A stretch of 64,000 nucleotides of DNA, taken from Camelus dromedarius (lineage: Eukaryota). The translations under genes were made by a program, and so were the position numbers. The notes under the pieces are model-generated. The model was not told the DNA's origin and did not search any database. It saw nothing but the letters and a program-made list of their open reading frames with translations. This document shows positions 1 through 11,298 of this stretch, in pieces. The stretch is taken from positions 70,186,001-70,250,000 of the forward strand of contig NC_087437.1 of the NCBI RefSeq assembly GCF_036321535.1. The letters are read 5' to 3'. Positions within the stretch are counted from its first letter, which is position 1; every line of letters starts with the position of its first letter.

Positions 1-70
1 CCTGACAACCACCCCCACCCCCATCAACTCTACAGACCATGCCTCATATCTGTAGCCATGGGCATCTGAC

Positions 71-540
71 CTTTCTAGGGTTAGTGAAATTCCTATAATT
101 TTGCACCATGGCATGTTTTTTAACAAAACCATTGTGGCAAATCCTACCTCTCTTTAAGTTATACAGACTATATGACAGTCTTCTGTGCAACAGTGGGACC
201 CCTAAGTCACATTCACTAACAATATGCCTCCACCTAATTTGGTCTTTTCTAGAGGGTTATATAATTGCCAACCCCTTTCTAGTACCAGCTTCTTCACCAA
301 TTATCTTATATGCAGATATTATTCCAAAATCTCTAACCACTGAAGTTTCTGGGTCTCCAATCAACATGTTGCTAATGGGAAGTAATCATCTCCTCTAACA
401 AGTAGTTTCTATAAAAGCCAACCACAAGTTCTCCTAAATGGACTGGCATGCCCTTTCCCCTTTATAGCTGCTCATACAGCAGAAAGTATCTGTGGCCTCC
501 AAGTCTTTTTTGGCCCAGTCTGGTAGTTCTTCATCTTGTT
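71..540 (-). pseudogene. Pseudo-exon resembling C-terminal nesprin spectrin repeats
   Basis: One frame 538->71, 156 codons with 4 stops: QDEELPDWAKKDLEAT...ENLWLAFIETTC...YKIIGEEAGTRKGLAII...LHRRLSYSLYNLKRGRICH...HAMVQNYRNF. Ends at a possible donor AAG|GTCAGA. 5' boundary uncertain. Confidence 0.55.
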
Positions 541-854
541 CTTAGAGTTTTGAATATTACTGGCTTCTAGCTTTTTGCTTTTTGGAAACCTCCCAAACAG
601 AACTCCCAGTATTCTTGACTGAAGACTTAATATGGTGCAGATCAATGTCCCCAAGGCTTCTCTCTTCCACACTAACATTTCTACCATCAGCCTCTCAAAT
701 TAATGTTCTCAAAGTATCCCTTCTCCTCATTACTCAGCTTCCAAGTCTATTGCCTATCCCTGTTATCATTCTCTGGCTAAAGCTTAGGCTTCCTTAGCCT
801 CTCTCAAGAACATGCATGTACCTTTCAGGTCTTGCTTTTAAAACAATCAGACAT

Positions 855-1060
855 GCATTCCCCTGACCCTTCCTCCTTTCCACTGGCTGCCTGGGAGATG
901 GAGAGAAATGGTACCACTCTCTTGGGCCCAATGATAAAGCCTGGGGTTGAGATTTGAAGAGCCACCTTATCACTCTGGACTATTACATGAGAGAGAAATA
1001 AACTTTATCTTGTTTAAAGCTCTGTATTTTGAGCTCTGTGACAGCAGCTCTAGTTTGCAC
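855..1060 (+). mobile_element. MLT1J/K-like MaLR LTR fragment
   Basis: 3' motif catgagagagaaataaactttatcttgtttaaagc...gcagc typical of old MLT1 LTR ends. Confidence 0.6.
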
Positions 1061-1259
1061 ATAGCAAATTCACTTCCCACTTATCTTAACAAACACCCCC
1101 TAAATCTCATAGCTAGTAGAGTTTTCCAAGACAAATAAATAAGCTTAATTCTAATAATAATCCTTGATTACACAATGCTATCATAAAGAAACTAGAAGGG
1201 GGCTAATAATTGTTTTATAACCCTGTGTGGTCAGCAAAGGAACAGAGAACAATGCTTAA

Positions 1260-1382
1260 AACTGTTTTGATCTCTATTCTGCATTTCAAGATCAGGAAGT
1301 TTTCAAGAACTCTGCATTCTTCATTTATATCCGATCTAATTCAGCATCCTATGGCAGCAGAACTGTACATGAGTTTTCTTTA
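1260..1382 (-). pseudogene. Candidate pseudo-exon
   Basis: Acceptor ttctttcttcacatctag; fragments DAELDRI and LPDLEMQNRDQKQ in different frames. Confidence 0.25.
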
Positions 1383-1707
1383 CTAGATGTGAAGAAAGAA
1401 TTTGAAAGAAATGTAGGCATGACCACCAATCACACAGTCCCTAAAGAAAATCTAAGAGGAGGAATTTTCTGAGCAGTTATGAAAATTTCTCCCTTATGGC
1501 TTCTAACTGTTCCATCTCAGGCTGATTATTAAGGGTGATGCCCAAGGGGAGACATGCTACAGTGTTTGTGATAAGGAATACTATTTTCTCTCTGTGGGGT
1601 ACACAGGGAGAAGATGTGCTTAGTCCACATGGTTTATAAAATAGTATTAACCACATACTCTCATCTGAATAGTCTGTCTCAAGAATAATGACTTCGCATC
1701 TTTTTAC

Positions 1708-2032
1708 CTTTTCTACTTCCTTCCCAAAGGACCCTGTAGCAGTGCATCATGACATCCCCAAAGGGGACTCACACAACTATCAGGTAGGTGTCTCAGGAAA
1801 TTGAAGGAGAAAATATGAGAGGATTTTTATAACAGCCAAGATCCTGGGACTATTAGGATGGCAACTCTTCAAGCATGTAGAGATGTTCCCCCAGGATATT
1901 CTAGAGGATCCAAAGAGCCAGTTGGAGAATCACTTGGATGCACAAATTCATCATCAGCATCTTCAGCATCACCATCAAACATTACAAGTAACCATTGTGT
2001 GAATCTCAGCCTCCCTGCATTAGGAATTATGA
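1708..2032 (-). pseudogene. Pseudo-exon, acidic segment like the nesprin adaptive-domain region
   Basis: Strong acceptor tttttctgtctctttgtctccag and donor AAAG|GTAAAA. Open frame IIPNAGRLRFTQWLLVMFDGDAEDADDEFVHPSDSPTGSLDP (ORF track 1869..2066). Confidence 0.5.
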
Positions 2033-3007
2033 CTGGAGACAAAGAGACAGAAAAATCCCTTACCAAGTAACATTCAAAGGAGAGGAAATGAAATATAAAA
2101 TTCCCTGTTTCTCAACAATCTGCTTCAGACATTTAAGATGCCTTTTAGGAACATGCTAACATCTTTTCATGTCTCTTATCAACTCACTTATTACCTCATA
2201 ACAACAACCTGGAGTTCTTTATGTCGTACTAGATACCATCCTAAAGAAGCCACCCCTTCCCTTTTCATATTCTCCCCTGCCACTGCCTCCAGCATCATCT
2301 GCGTTGTACAAGTACTATACTATAGACTGATCTGAAACATATCATTCTGTTTCTGTCCTGTTCAATCTATACCGATCACAGCTAATATACATTGATTCCA
2401 ATATGTTTCACAATCTGGCATGCAAATGCTGTTTTTCTAAACATTCATAGTAAATAAAAGAATAAATGGTACTTTCTTTTTTTTAACACTGAGTTCAAGG
2501 TAACAACAATTATTGTTCTTGGGTTTCTTGTGTTATGGCTGACATAAGACATAGGTAAATTAGTATTCCACAGAATGATAAGACACTTTAGGATAATTTT
2601 GGAGAGCATACGACCCTAAGTCGTCCTACTGTATCTCTTCTATTACTAAAAAGCACTAAATCTTTAGAAGCAGAAGGCTTTTTGACTACTTTGATGTACA
2701 TCCCTTTCTAACTTAATTGCCCTAGCCCAATCATTCTAATGAAATGTTCCAAATGGGTAGGAGCTTTGTGAAATCAGTACCTTCATTAACAACAAAATGA
2801 TTATTGGACCCAGTTTCACTGCCCATTATCCCTTAAGGGCAACTTATAAATAATCAACTCCAGAAAGTAGGTGAGAGCCTGCATGTTGACACCCACACAC
2901 AAGAACCTACAGATTCCCATACTGTTCATTCAGGAAACATTTACTATGCCTCCCTTCCTCCTGCACTAAGCAGTATACTCTGCTAGGATACTGAAGGGCT
3001 GTACTCA

Positions 3008-3094
3008 TTTAGCAATCCCAAAGCAATGTCGTCAGCTCTAGAGCATGCTCTTTCGTTCAGCTCCTTTTCAATTCAGTGATATCTCAACAGTTCA
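3008..3094 (-). pseudogene. Candidate pseudo-exon (helical)
   Basis: Acceptor ttttcccttctgatatcacctag; ELLRYH*IEKELNERACSRADDIALGLL; donor appears degenerate. Confidence 0.35.
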
Positions 3095-4942
3095 CTAGGT
3101 GATATCAGAAGGGAAAAATAGAGAAAAGCAAAATTCTTTGTTTAACTTCGTTCTCATAGATGGGCTTATGTAAAATGGAAATTAATGATCCTAAGAAATG
3201 TGTATTTTAATATATTATGATGTCAAAACACTCAATTCTATACTGAGACACACAGGAGTGGAATACAAAGTGTTCCGGTAGAAAAAATGGAGACAGAACG
3301 AGGTCTTGCTGCTTTTAAATAAGCCAGTCAAATAGCTTGGTTTGAAAGGCTGTGTGTGTGTCAGTGTGAGATAATCCTGCCCTTCTCTCCCGCTTCTCCA
3401 GGGAAATGAGTCACACCTGGTTGCTGCCCTTGGCATGATGTTTGATATTCTGAATTCCCATCAGCCCCACACAGCTAGGATGATGTCAGCACAGTTGACA
3501 TTGTTAGATCCCTGCTCTGCTTACATCAACTCCCTGTTGCTCAGGCGTCAGACGAGTGTGGCGAAGGGAGAAGGCATCATCTTCTTAGCAACCAAGCCCA
3601 TGTATCCAGGATCCAGAAATGACATCTGGCACTTTGCTTTGGAGATTTTCAGCACTTCCCAGAATTTCAGCCAGGCTGGAATAGGAATACTGATGCTCTG
3701 AGTTAAAGAGATATTATGTATCCTCTTCCTATCAGGATGTGTATGCTTTTACATTTCAGATCAAAATGTTTACCACCAAAGCACTATTTAGCATAGTCCT
3801 CATCCCACACTTCCTCGATTCTTTGGGATACTCTTTATCAACTTTTTAGAAGTAATCTTACTTCTGGTTAAAAATGGGAAAGCTAAAATGAGACCTTTCT
3901 ACCATCCTTCTACCTCAAGTCAAAAGTATATAAGCAATCAAGTTGGGTGAAAAATGGAGATAATTGTGCTAATTATGAGAAGAGTCTCTTAAAATTACTT
4001 CAGATAAAGTGTAGCAAAATTTTTATGTCTCATTTGCTAGATTATACCCATTTAACAAAAAAACCCAATAACATCATGAACTCAGACAATTGTAACATAT
4101 GTAGACATTCAGTCGTATATTGATTTTTTGGAGGGTGGGGAGGGGAAGACTTTAGGAAAGAAATCTAACAGGACAATTTGGAAATTATTGTGCTGCAGTG
4201 GAAGAACTATGGTAGTACCATGCCACCATTTTATAGTGGTCAGAATTCCCAACAGTGAATATTTAGTGTCTGATTTCCAAGAGAAATTTCTCTTAAGTTA
4301 CTGTGGGTATCTTGACTACTTCATGTAAATGGTCCCAATTATTTTGTAGCTGTCTTTCTACCCACTTACTTATCTATCCAACAAACATTTCTGGGTAGGA
4401 TCTCATCCACCATGACACTTAGAGATAAATAAGAGAATTGGGTAAATAATCAAACAACCACAGGATTACGTGGTTGTGGCTTTCATAAGAAATAAACCTA
4501 GGGTTCTGAAAGCAGAGAGAATCAGAGCCCAACTCAGCTTGGAGCCCAGATAGAGAGAAGTCCTCAGGGAAGGCTCCAGTGCATTTTCGTAATTATTCCT
4601 CTGTTATAATGCAAATAATTTTCTTAAGTCCTGACACTTTATCCATCAAACACTACTAAGATTTTTAAAAATGTCTACATTCAATCCATATAGGCCATTT
4701 GTCTTCTGACATGGCCAAGTTACCTTGAACATCCACATCCCTCAAAGTGGGAAGTGGGCATTATATTTGGCTTCCCATGGCAGGGGAAGTGAGAAAAGTT
4801 CATAGGGATCTTTCATCAAATCTCAAGATCTGAATGGGTGGAAGCTGGTGGTTGGGGGATATATGTAAGGCCTTGTAGTTTTCTCATCCTTCAGTACATT
4901 ACAACTATATTGTCATTGTTTTTTTTTTCACTTATACTTCAA

Positions 4943-5060
4943 GAGACTGAGCTCTTTGAAAGCATAATGTTTCTATCTTATTTACCCCACAGTATCCCCA
5001 CATTCTGACCTAGGCACTGGATAGAGCAGTTGTTCAAAAAACACTATTATTCAATAAATA
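4943..5060 (+). mobile_element. L2 3' end
   Basis: agactgagctctttgaaagc...gtatccccac...tcaataaat matches the L2 terminus. Confidence 0.55.
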
Positions 5061-5487
5061 TTTTATGCTTTTACATCCCTTCCTGATTTTAATCCTGGCT
5101 CTACTCCTATCATTTAGAGCAGTACATCCTAACCTTTTTCATATACTAGCCTACAAAGAAAACAACATTTGTAAGGCACATTGAAGTAAATGGGGAAACT
5201 GCTCCAAGCTGCAAGCTGTTAGTCCCAGGCCTGCCTGATGCCCCAGGACCCCATCCTCCAAAGTCTCTCTCTCTCTCTCTCCCCTCTACCCCAGAGGTTA
5301 GGGGATAAGCATCAGAATACATGAAACTTATTTGAGACTCATCAGTTGGGAAACCCTTCTGGTTTAGAGAATTAAAAAGGGAGAGCAAAACAGGTTAACT
5401 TTCTTCACTTGACTTTTCAAAATCCAACTTTCCTTTCCAACGTTTTCCAGTGTTTTTCCTATTAACTTTAAGTTAAAAAAATTTTTT

Positions 5488-6128
5488 GGAACACTTGTGC
5501 ATTACTGGTTGGAATATAAAATGGTGCTGCCACTGTGGAAAACAGTATGATAGTTTCTCAAATAAATAAACATAGAATTACCATGTGATCCAGCAATTCT
5601 ACTTCTGGGTATATACCCAAAAGAACTGAAAGCAAGGATTTGAACATTTACTTGTACACCCATGTTCATAACAGCATTATTCACAATAGCCAAAAGATGG
5701 AAACAACCAAAGTGTCTATTGATAAATAAACACAATTTAGGTATGTGGTACATACATACAATGGAATATTATTCATCCTCAAAAGGAAGATAATTTTGAC
5801 ACATGCTACAACACAGATGAACCTTGAGGACATTATGGTAAGTGAAATAAACTAGTCACAAAATAACAAATATTGTATGATTGCACATATATGCGATACC
5901 TAAGTGGTCAAATTCATAGAGAAGGAAGAAAATTGGTGGTTGCCAGGGGTTTGGGTGGGTGGGCAATGGAGAGTTATTGTATAACAGGTATAGAGTTTCA
6001 GTCTGGAAAGATACAAAAGTTCTAGAGGTGGAGGGTGGTGATGGTTGCAGAACAATATAAATGTACTTGAACTGTACCCTTAAAAATTGTTATAATGGTA
6101 AATTTTGTTATGAATGTGTTACCACAAT
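5488..6128 (+). mobile_element. L1MB-like LINE-1 3' fragment (ORF2 end plus 3'UTR)
   Basis: catagaattaccatgtgatccagcaattctacttctgggtatatacccaaaag...ggtggtgatggttgcagaacaat...aatggtaaatttt. Confidence 0.9.
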
Positions 6129-6671
6129 GATTTATATATATATATATATGGCATTATTCAAAATATTTTAAATGATAATAATTATTACTATAACTGTTTG
6201 TGGAATGATTAATGGAATGCTTAGATGCACTGTTGATTTGTCCAGACATCATGGAAGGCACTTTCTCATCTTACAAAGTAGAGATTGTCAATAAATGTTC
6301 ATTAGTCCTACCCCCAAACCCAGTTGATCATTACCACCACCGGTATCTGTTGTCCAGATGAGTCCCTAATATTCCATACATTATGAAATTCTCAAGTCAT
6401 TTATGAATGGAACTCAACTTGACTTCTTTGTCATAAGGACAGACCCATATACTTTTCCATTCTCAATCTTGCCTTAAATTTTTAATAAAATGTGATTGAT
6501 TAACATTTAAATGCAAACACAAAAGCCTTGATCGACCTGCACTTACACAGATCAATGCTTCCAAGAAATGCAAAGCTCTAGTCCCTCGAAAATGGAAAAT
6601 AGTTTTGGACCAACAGATTTTCATAGTGTGCCCAACATTAGATTAACACTTTTCTCATGATGTGTTTACAC

Positions 6672-6840
6672 GGCACAGCACAGAATTTAATATGACTCAA
6701 ATAGCCTGTTCTTTTGCTCATTTCATCGGCTGCCTTTCCAAGGTAAAAATTACACATTGTGTGTTTGTTTTTCTCTCACCCAGCTTCTACGCCTTCTTTC
6801 TCACCATCTTCACTCTTAATTTAGAGTCCCATTTCTCATT
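6672..6840 (-). pseudogene. Candidate pseudo-exon (helical)
   Basis: Acceptor tttgatttcttatccaag; NEKWDSKLRVKMVRKKA*KLGERK, then LGKAADEMSKRTGYLSHIK after a frameshift. Confidence 0.3.
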
Positions 6841-7249
6841 CTTGGATAAGAAATCAAATTGAGGACAGGTTAAAGAACAGTCCTTCTGGGAGTGAGCAGA
6901 GGGCAAAAACTGACCAACAAAGGGTCCAATTTTACAGTCACAAAGAATTTTATTATCAATCTGGGAGAAAAGATAAGGAGCATATCCTATGTCCAAAAAC
7001 CAAGTTTAGCATTTTAATCTCTTGAGGACACAATACATAATTGAGAGAAAGCAATTTGGAGTTCATACATCAATTGCCTCACCACTGTAGTTTCAACCCC
7101 TTTCAAACTACCTGGCACAGGGTAAGCCTTCAATTTCATTCCACAGCACCACCTTCTAAATCACTCAATGAAGCCAGTTCTTGACAAGCTGCTTAATAGA
7201 AGGAAATGTAGATTAAGTAGAAAGTTGATTACAATAGTTTCTACTTCAC

Positions 7250-7490
7250 TGGGACTTGGCCCTGGGGGGTTAGGAAGATTCCCTGGAAGAATTAATATCC
7301 ACATTGAAAAACAATCATCATTATCCTAAGTAGGAGAAGGTAAAGAGGAGTTTGAGCTTTGCCCTAGGGCAATGGGGGAGCTATGTAAAGGTTTTAAGTA
7401 GGAAAGGGATATGATCAGACTTTAATTTGGAAAAAACCTGCAGTTTGGAGGTGAGATGGGATTGAAGTTAAAATAAGAGACTATAATGAG
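7250..7490 (-). mobile_element. L2 fragment
   Basis: gagtttgagctttgccctagggcaatgggggagc...gatatgatcagac is a typical antisense L2 motif. Confidence 0.6.
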
Positions 7491-7714
7491 GTTAACCTTT
7501 TTTTTTTTCAATCCACGTGCTTATTGGGTAAAGTTTTGGACAATAAAATTTTGGCCATGGAGAAGCCCTAACAGTTCACTGGGACCCCAAACTAATTGTG
7601 GTCTATTTTCAACCCTAAATGGCTATGCTCATTCTGCACCTAAAGTGCTGGGCCAGCTCCTAGAGGAGCTCTTTTTTTTCTAGCCCTTTCTGGAAGGCCT
7701 GTTTGTTCCATAGA

Positions 7715-8410
7715 TGCCTCAGATTCAATATGCCCCCAAACTAATGGCCTATTTCTGTCCCCTCTTCCTCATTGACCAAGCTGTGCACCCTGTATCCTTT
7801 ATTTCAGTAAACAGTATTATCTTTTCTATCAGAACCTTAAAACTAGGATTTTTGCTCTCCTAGATTTCTCCTTTTCCTTTATCATTTCCATGTATGTACT
7901 ACTTCCTTCTTTCTCCTAAATACCTTTTAAAATCTTCCTTCTTCTCTAACCTCATTGTGCCATAGTCCAGACTCTGTCATCTCTTACTTCAACCACTGTA
8001 ACAGCAGCTGCCATGCCTCATTGTGTCCAGTCTCTCTATTTGGAATTCTACCTCCTACACTGTTGCTATATTTCCTGTATGAAAATCTGATCATGTCACT
8101 TCCCAGTTTAAGTGACTGGGACAAATCAAAACTCAAAATGCTTCATATAGCTCTGTGTGGCTCTTGACCTGCTAGCTAAGGTGTTTAGCACCATCTCTTG
8201 TCACCCTCAACTTTAGCATGCCAGCTTTAATTAACCATTTCTGATTGAAAAACTCTTACTCAAAATGTCAAACTTCACTTCCAACATCAATTTCCCTTTG
8301 CCCTAAGAGAAATTAGCCACTCTTTTGCTCTGCGCTCCCATAGCACATATGTTTGGTTCTAATTTTATTGCTTTGGATTGTAAATGGTTCATTTACATGT
8401 CTTCATCCTG
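7715..8410 (+). mobile_element. L2 fragment
   Basis: cctcagattcaatatgcccccaaac; catctcttacttcaaccactgtaacagc; aaatctgatcatgtcacttccc. Confidence 0.65.
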
Positions 8411-8419
8411 CCCTCTAAA

Positions 8420-8790
8420 TCTGAGGTTTCAACTCTGGTTCCATTGGCTCCAGGATGAGTTTTGGGAATTTCATTTTCCTTCTTATAGCATGCATAATTT
8501 TGTGCGCAAGTGTGGGGACACAGATGCAGGTAATTTTCATCATCTCTCAAAGGTGTCTATGACACCCTTCCAAAACTAAATATCACTACTGTCCTAAACC
8601 CTGAGCTTTTTAAGAGACAGAAAATACTGTGCACTTTTTTGTATAACCAGTTTATTGAAGAGTCTGATCTCAGTAGGGTATAAACATGAAACAGTTTTAT
8701 TTTTCTCTAATCCTTACTTTGAACTATGTTCTGTCAAATCTTCCTTTCCTGCTCTTTAATGACATGCCAGACAGATCTCAAAGCTTTCTG
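8420..8790 (-). pseudogene. Candidate pseudo-exon(s), spectrin-repeat-like
   Basis: KALRSVWHVIKEQERKI*QNIVQ with possible donor CAAA|GTAAGG at 8717. Downstream VIDTFER**KLPASVSPHLRTKLCML*EGK is stop-rich and weaker. Confidence 0.35.
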
Positions 8791-8827
8791 GTCTCTTTTA
8801 GTTATTAAAAAGCCCAGTTTACTTGTT

Positions 8828-9146
8828 TGGCTCCTGATTCAAACCAATCAATCCTCAAATCTTTGAAACAACCAGGGAATTTGAATATGGACTGATACTA
8901 AAGAATATCATAAACTTATTATTAACATTATTTGGTATAATAAAATTGTGGTTTTATCTTTTTTTAAGTGCCTAAGCATTAGGAATGTATGCAGAAGTGT
9001 TTTCAGATTAAAAACTATGATATCTGTAATTTGATTTATAATACTGCAGACAAAATGTTGATAATTGTTTAAGGTGCGGAATGCGTACACGAGTATTCTT
9101 AATATTATTCTATTTTTGTGTATATTTGAAACTTTTTCCAATAAAG
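8828..9146 (+). mobile_element. L1MC4/5-like 3'UTR end
   Basis: cctgattcaaacc...gggaatttgaatatggactg...aaaatgttgataattgtt...tttgtgtatatttgaaac...aataaag. Confidence 0.75.
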
Positions 9147-9200
9147 TACTTTTTTCTAAATTTAGTCAAATTCAACCTAATATTCACTCTCACTCATATT

Positions 9201-9612
9201 CAGGGGTGTGTTGGTAAACGGTTAAAAACCAGCTTCATGGAAAAAGAAAAAAAAAATCTCTGATTTGTAGCATTTGACAATTTCCATTGTGTATATACCA
9301 CCATGGCTAATTTCAAGTTACCAATGTGTACCACTGAACTCAAAGTTGGGAAGAGAGGTACAGTAGCATACTATTTAAAGTTATGTTCACCATACCCATA
9401 CAATCAATAATAACATAGAGTAAAAATGTAAAATAATTAAGAAGTGATGAATCTTAAATATTTATTGCCTTTGTTTTCATACAATTTATTTATATAATTA
9501 TGTTAGTGTAATTTAATTTTTAATAATGACTGTGTAATAACTAGCTCAACTAGCTGAAAATTTAACAATCTGCTCTGATGAACTGGAATGAACTGGCTCC
9601 AAAACACCACTG
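9201..9612 (-). mobile_element. MER63-like hAT-Blackjack MITE
   Basis: Terminal inverted repeats caggggtgtgttgg / ccaaaacaccactg; internal gattgttaaattttcag on the minus strand. Confidence 0.8.
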
Positions 9613-9760
9613 CAAGATCCTCCCCTTTCCTAACCACTTAATAAAGCCAAAGTTGAGAACCACTGCTCTCCATCCCTACCCCTCACTTATTACTGTAAAC
9701 ACACCCAGCTCTTCTCAGTCAGGCATAACCAGTCAGGGAAGGGAGAGGCAAATACGTTAC

Positions 9761-9958
9761 CCACTTCTTCTGGTGCTCTCTCCTCATGATACTCTGAATT
9801 CTTGATTCAAGACTGCCCCTTGAAAGATATGCTAATTTGCTCCCTGTCTTTCTGAACTTTGTGTTTGCTTCAAAATAGTTATGCACATAACTCTACAGTC
9901 TATAGTAAGTGCTTCTATCTCTCATAAAGTAATAGCTTAAATTTTCATATATTGTATT
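9761..9958 (-). pseudogene. Candidate pseudo-exon (helical)
   Basis: EIEALTIDCRVM, KVQKDREQIS and SLESRIQSIMRREHQKKW across frameshifts; donor TGG|GTAACG; acceptor degenerate. Confidence 0.35.
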
Positions 9959-10574
9959 TTAAAGGAAGAGGATGAGAGATATGTTTTTATTCCTAATAAA
10001 CACTGTTAGGGTACTGATGTTTTAAATTACTGAGTGAGTACCCTCTTGGCTTAAAATTAAGTACAACATATCTATTCATTATTTGTAAACTTAAAAAAAT
10101 TTTAAGTAGTCCAATCCATGCTGTTATTTACACCTGTCTTTTCTGCATTCTAAATCATGTAATTTTAATTTAACAATGAAAAACCATAATGTGTATTTTC
10201 ATATCCTGGTTGAGAAGACTAAATTTATTTTGACTACTTTTTCTCCCCTCCCAGGAGAATAACATACACGTTAGGTACAAGGAACACACACAACAGAGTG
10301 ATTCTCCCACAACATTTTATCATTACCAAAACAACAAAAAATTTACTAAACAGTACATACTGTACTTACTCAACCGACATAGCACAAATTTACATGAATT
10401 TCCAAGGTACAAATCAATTCTGAGATGGCATCCATAAATCACCTAGCTTATACAACAAATGACTGTAAGTAAATGATAGGCCATACTGCCACAGTAACAG
10501 ACTGATCCTGCTGGAAGTAATATCCAGTCAACCTCTAAATTCCCAGAGATAGTAAATGAATTTCAAAGTTGCTA

Positions 10575-10604
10575 CACACACACGAACACACAAACACACA
10601 CACA
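10575..10604. repeat. Imperfect (CA)n microsatellite
   Basis: acacacacacgaacacacaaacacacacac. Confidence 0.7.
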
Positions 10605-10677
10605 TCACCCAGCTAGTTAGTAACAAACACAAATCAAAAAACTAATATTTATTAGCTAAACTAGACCCATTTGTCTA

Positions 10678-10860
10678 AACCTCATTTAATACTCGTAAGT
10701 CTACTGAGTTTTATAATATTCATTTTGAAAACAGGAGACCAAAAGTCAGAATGTTTAAGTAATCTGGTCACCCAGTTAGGAAGCTGAAGAGCCTAGATGC
10801 AAATAAATTCTGTCAGACCCCAAAGCCAGCAATCTTTGCCCCAAATCATGCAGTCTTCCA
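10678..10860 (-). mobile_element. MIR SINE
   Basis: ctcatttaatactc...cattttgaaaacaggagacc...ggtcacccagttag...tctgtcagaccccaaagcc. Confidence 0.65.
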
Positions 10861-11200
10861 AATCTGGGGCTATACCCTGATCTACTGACTATAATCTTTC
10901 ACTGCAACCCAGGACCATCTTAAAGCTTTATTAGTGCAAATCTAGAAGGGAACAAGAAACAAGTCCTGGTATCCACTGAAGTAAGTAAAATCTTAAACTC
11001 TTTCATCTCCCAGGCTCTCCTATACCAGTGTGGAATTGGAGACCAAAAAAAAAAAAAAAGAGCTATTTTGAAAATTAATGCATACACTGCAGGTCAGGAG
11101 AACCTGTGAGCCTCTCCAGCCTCCAGCTTTTATCTCTGGTTCACTGCTGAAACCCCATCACCCAGAACACTGTCTGGACCATCGCAGGAGCTCAAGAAAC

Positions 11201-11298
11201 CTGTTTTCTGTGTAGGTAGCTACTTCAGATAAGAGATTCTGAACATAGCAAGCTGCCTCAGTGCAAGATCCACAGTTCCTCTTGTGTTCTCTCTTGTA
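11201..11298 (-). pseudogene. Candidate pseudo-exon
   Basis: Acceptor ttttcttttttttttaaatcag-like tract; QERTQEELWILH and YVQNLLSEVATYTEN in different frames; weak donor CAG|GTTTC. Confidence 0.25.

Noticed and set aside
71..840. CR1/L3 endonuclease or MaLR internal sequence
   Set aside because: Only a VVGFYR-like fragment suggested it. A single long frame with ordered nesprin-like motifs explains the segment better, though a repeat is not formally excluded.
2905..2995. LVQEEGRHSKCFLNEQYGNL as a nesprin-like peptide
   Set aside because: The same DNA looks like an L2 3' tail (gtaaatgtttcctgaatgaa), so it was not counted as evidence.
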